A stretch of 62,459 bases of DNA, counting the filler, from Hausera hauseri (Eukaryota), in the NCBI GenBank assembly GCA_046269625.1. It is 10 parts of 10 records of this genome, joined end to end, with 100 filler letters (N's around TTAATTAATTAA, not from the genome) between each part and the next. Parts side by side here need not be neighbours in the genome. Positions count along the whole stretch, not along the records: positions 55,634 to 62,459 come from JBJURY010061773.1; 9 more parts are not named here. One strand, given 5' to 3'. Below, piece after piece: positions 61,827-62,459 of the stretch. Under the pieces are notes generated by a model that was not told where the DNA came from, searched no databases, and was given only the letters and a program-made list of their open reading frames with translations. Position numbers and translations under genes: made by a program. Every line of letters starts with the position of its first letter. The stretch's first letter is position 1.

Positions 61827-62459
61827 TTAGGTTATTTTATCATAGGGATCTACAGAGGTTTCCAACTCCCTTAGTTCCCATTCCGAATTTTTATGGCGCT
61901 TAAAATAGCAGTTTTTGGTGACTAATCTAAAAGTCTCAATTAATATGATGAGAACAACCGCTGACAGTACCACAATAGATACGATTGGTAGTGCAGTTAC
62001 TCCTATCGGTGCTTGTGTGACAACTCGAGTTGTGATCTGCTCATCTATATCCTCATATGCATAGAATTCTGCGCGAATCTCATCTAAGGTTCGCAGTGTA
62101 ATTGTCTGATTTTGCTTATTCTCTGCCCATATTTGTACTATATATTCAGTTTGTGGTTGTAATAAGTTACACTCTGTTTGATAAATATTTTTAAATAACA
62201 TCACCACTTGATTATTATACGTTGTCCGGCAACTTAGATATATATCGTAGTTCTGTTTCTCTTCCACTGAGAACACAATCTTAGATCGATATGTTGAATA
62301 TTTAATAGGAATACTTCCTAGCATTTCTTTTGTGGCGATAAACGTAGTACTACGGATTGTACTTGGCGTCGTGGATGGTTTTCCCGTCGTGGTCGGGCGT
62401 GAGAGTTCCCATACTCTGTCCTTGGGACTATATCTTCTCAGGAAAAAACCCCGTTCACC
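61827..62459 (-). CDS. Type I membrane protein: Thr/Ser-rich stalk, FN3-like domain, TM helix, short cytoplasmic tail (5' end outside window)
   Basis: Frame open to the window end; CNLLQPQTEYIVQIWAEN resembles the FN3 L.P.T.Y.V.V.A motif; ALPIVSIVVLSAVVLIILI TM helix. Confidence 0.65.
   Translation of the reverse strand, partial: GERGFFLRRYSPKDRVWELSRPTTTGKPSTTPSTIRSTTFIATKEMLGSIPIKYSTYRSKIVFSVEEKQNYDIYLSCRTTYNNQVVMLFKNIYQTECNLLQPQTEYIVQIWAENKQNQTITLRTLDEIRAEFYAYEDIDEQITTRVVTQAPIGVTALPIVSIVVLSAVVLIILIETFRLVTKNCYFKRHKNSEWELRELETSVDPYDKIT

Larger units (their letters stand above)
55634..62459 (-). mobile_element. Complex Ty3/gypsy-type LTR retrotransposon (copy B), permuted: accessory genes, PPT, LTR, PBS, gag
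   Basis: PPT, TG...CA LTR, tRNA PBS and gag in series on the minus strand; pol not in window. Confidence 0.85.

Overview
This window is not one locus. It is 10 unrelated contigs joined by artificial 100-nt spacers (44 N + TTAATTAATTAA + 44 N) at 9265-9364, 13519-13618, 19145-19244, 26968-27067, 32630-32729, 38446-38545, 44040-44139, 48883-48982 and 55534-55633. Nine contigs are AT-rich animal DNA with 46-48 nt introns (probably an invertebrate; flatworm-like is only a guess). They carry decayed Polinton/Maverick (adintovirus-like) genes: packaging ATPase x2, integrase, two tandem pentons, major capsid and four protein-primed PolB copies. They also carry Ty3/gypsy retroelements, DNA-transposon remnants and host genes or pseudogenes (TDP-43, XPB, a J-domain protein, Nup214-like). 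One contig (44140-48882) is GC-rich bacterial DNA with glycogen phosphorylase, an HU-like protein and a low-GC MauE/Cys-rich-protein cassette. The most interesting candidates are: (1) a complex gypsy-type LTR element, present in two diverged copies, whose 3' end encodes an FN3-like membrane protein and an apparently spliced ~840-codon protein joining a catalytically dead ISG20/REX4-like exonuclease fold to a C3HC4 RING; (2) an array of ATG-less RING/Zn-finger exons that all begin with phase-1 splice acceptors downstream of a tiny phase-1 leader exon; (3) a tandem Cys/His domain heading compact pPolB elements; (4) an unannotated minimal TBP-like pseudogene; (5) the bacterial MauE + disulfide-rich secreted protein operon. 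All protein family calls are from manual translation and motif recognition; no searches were run.
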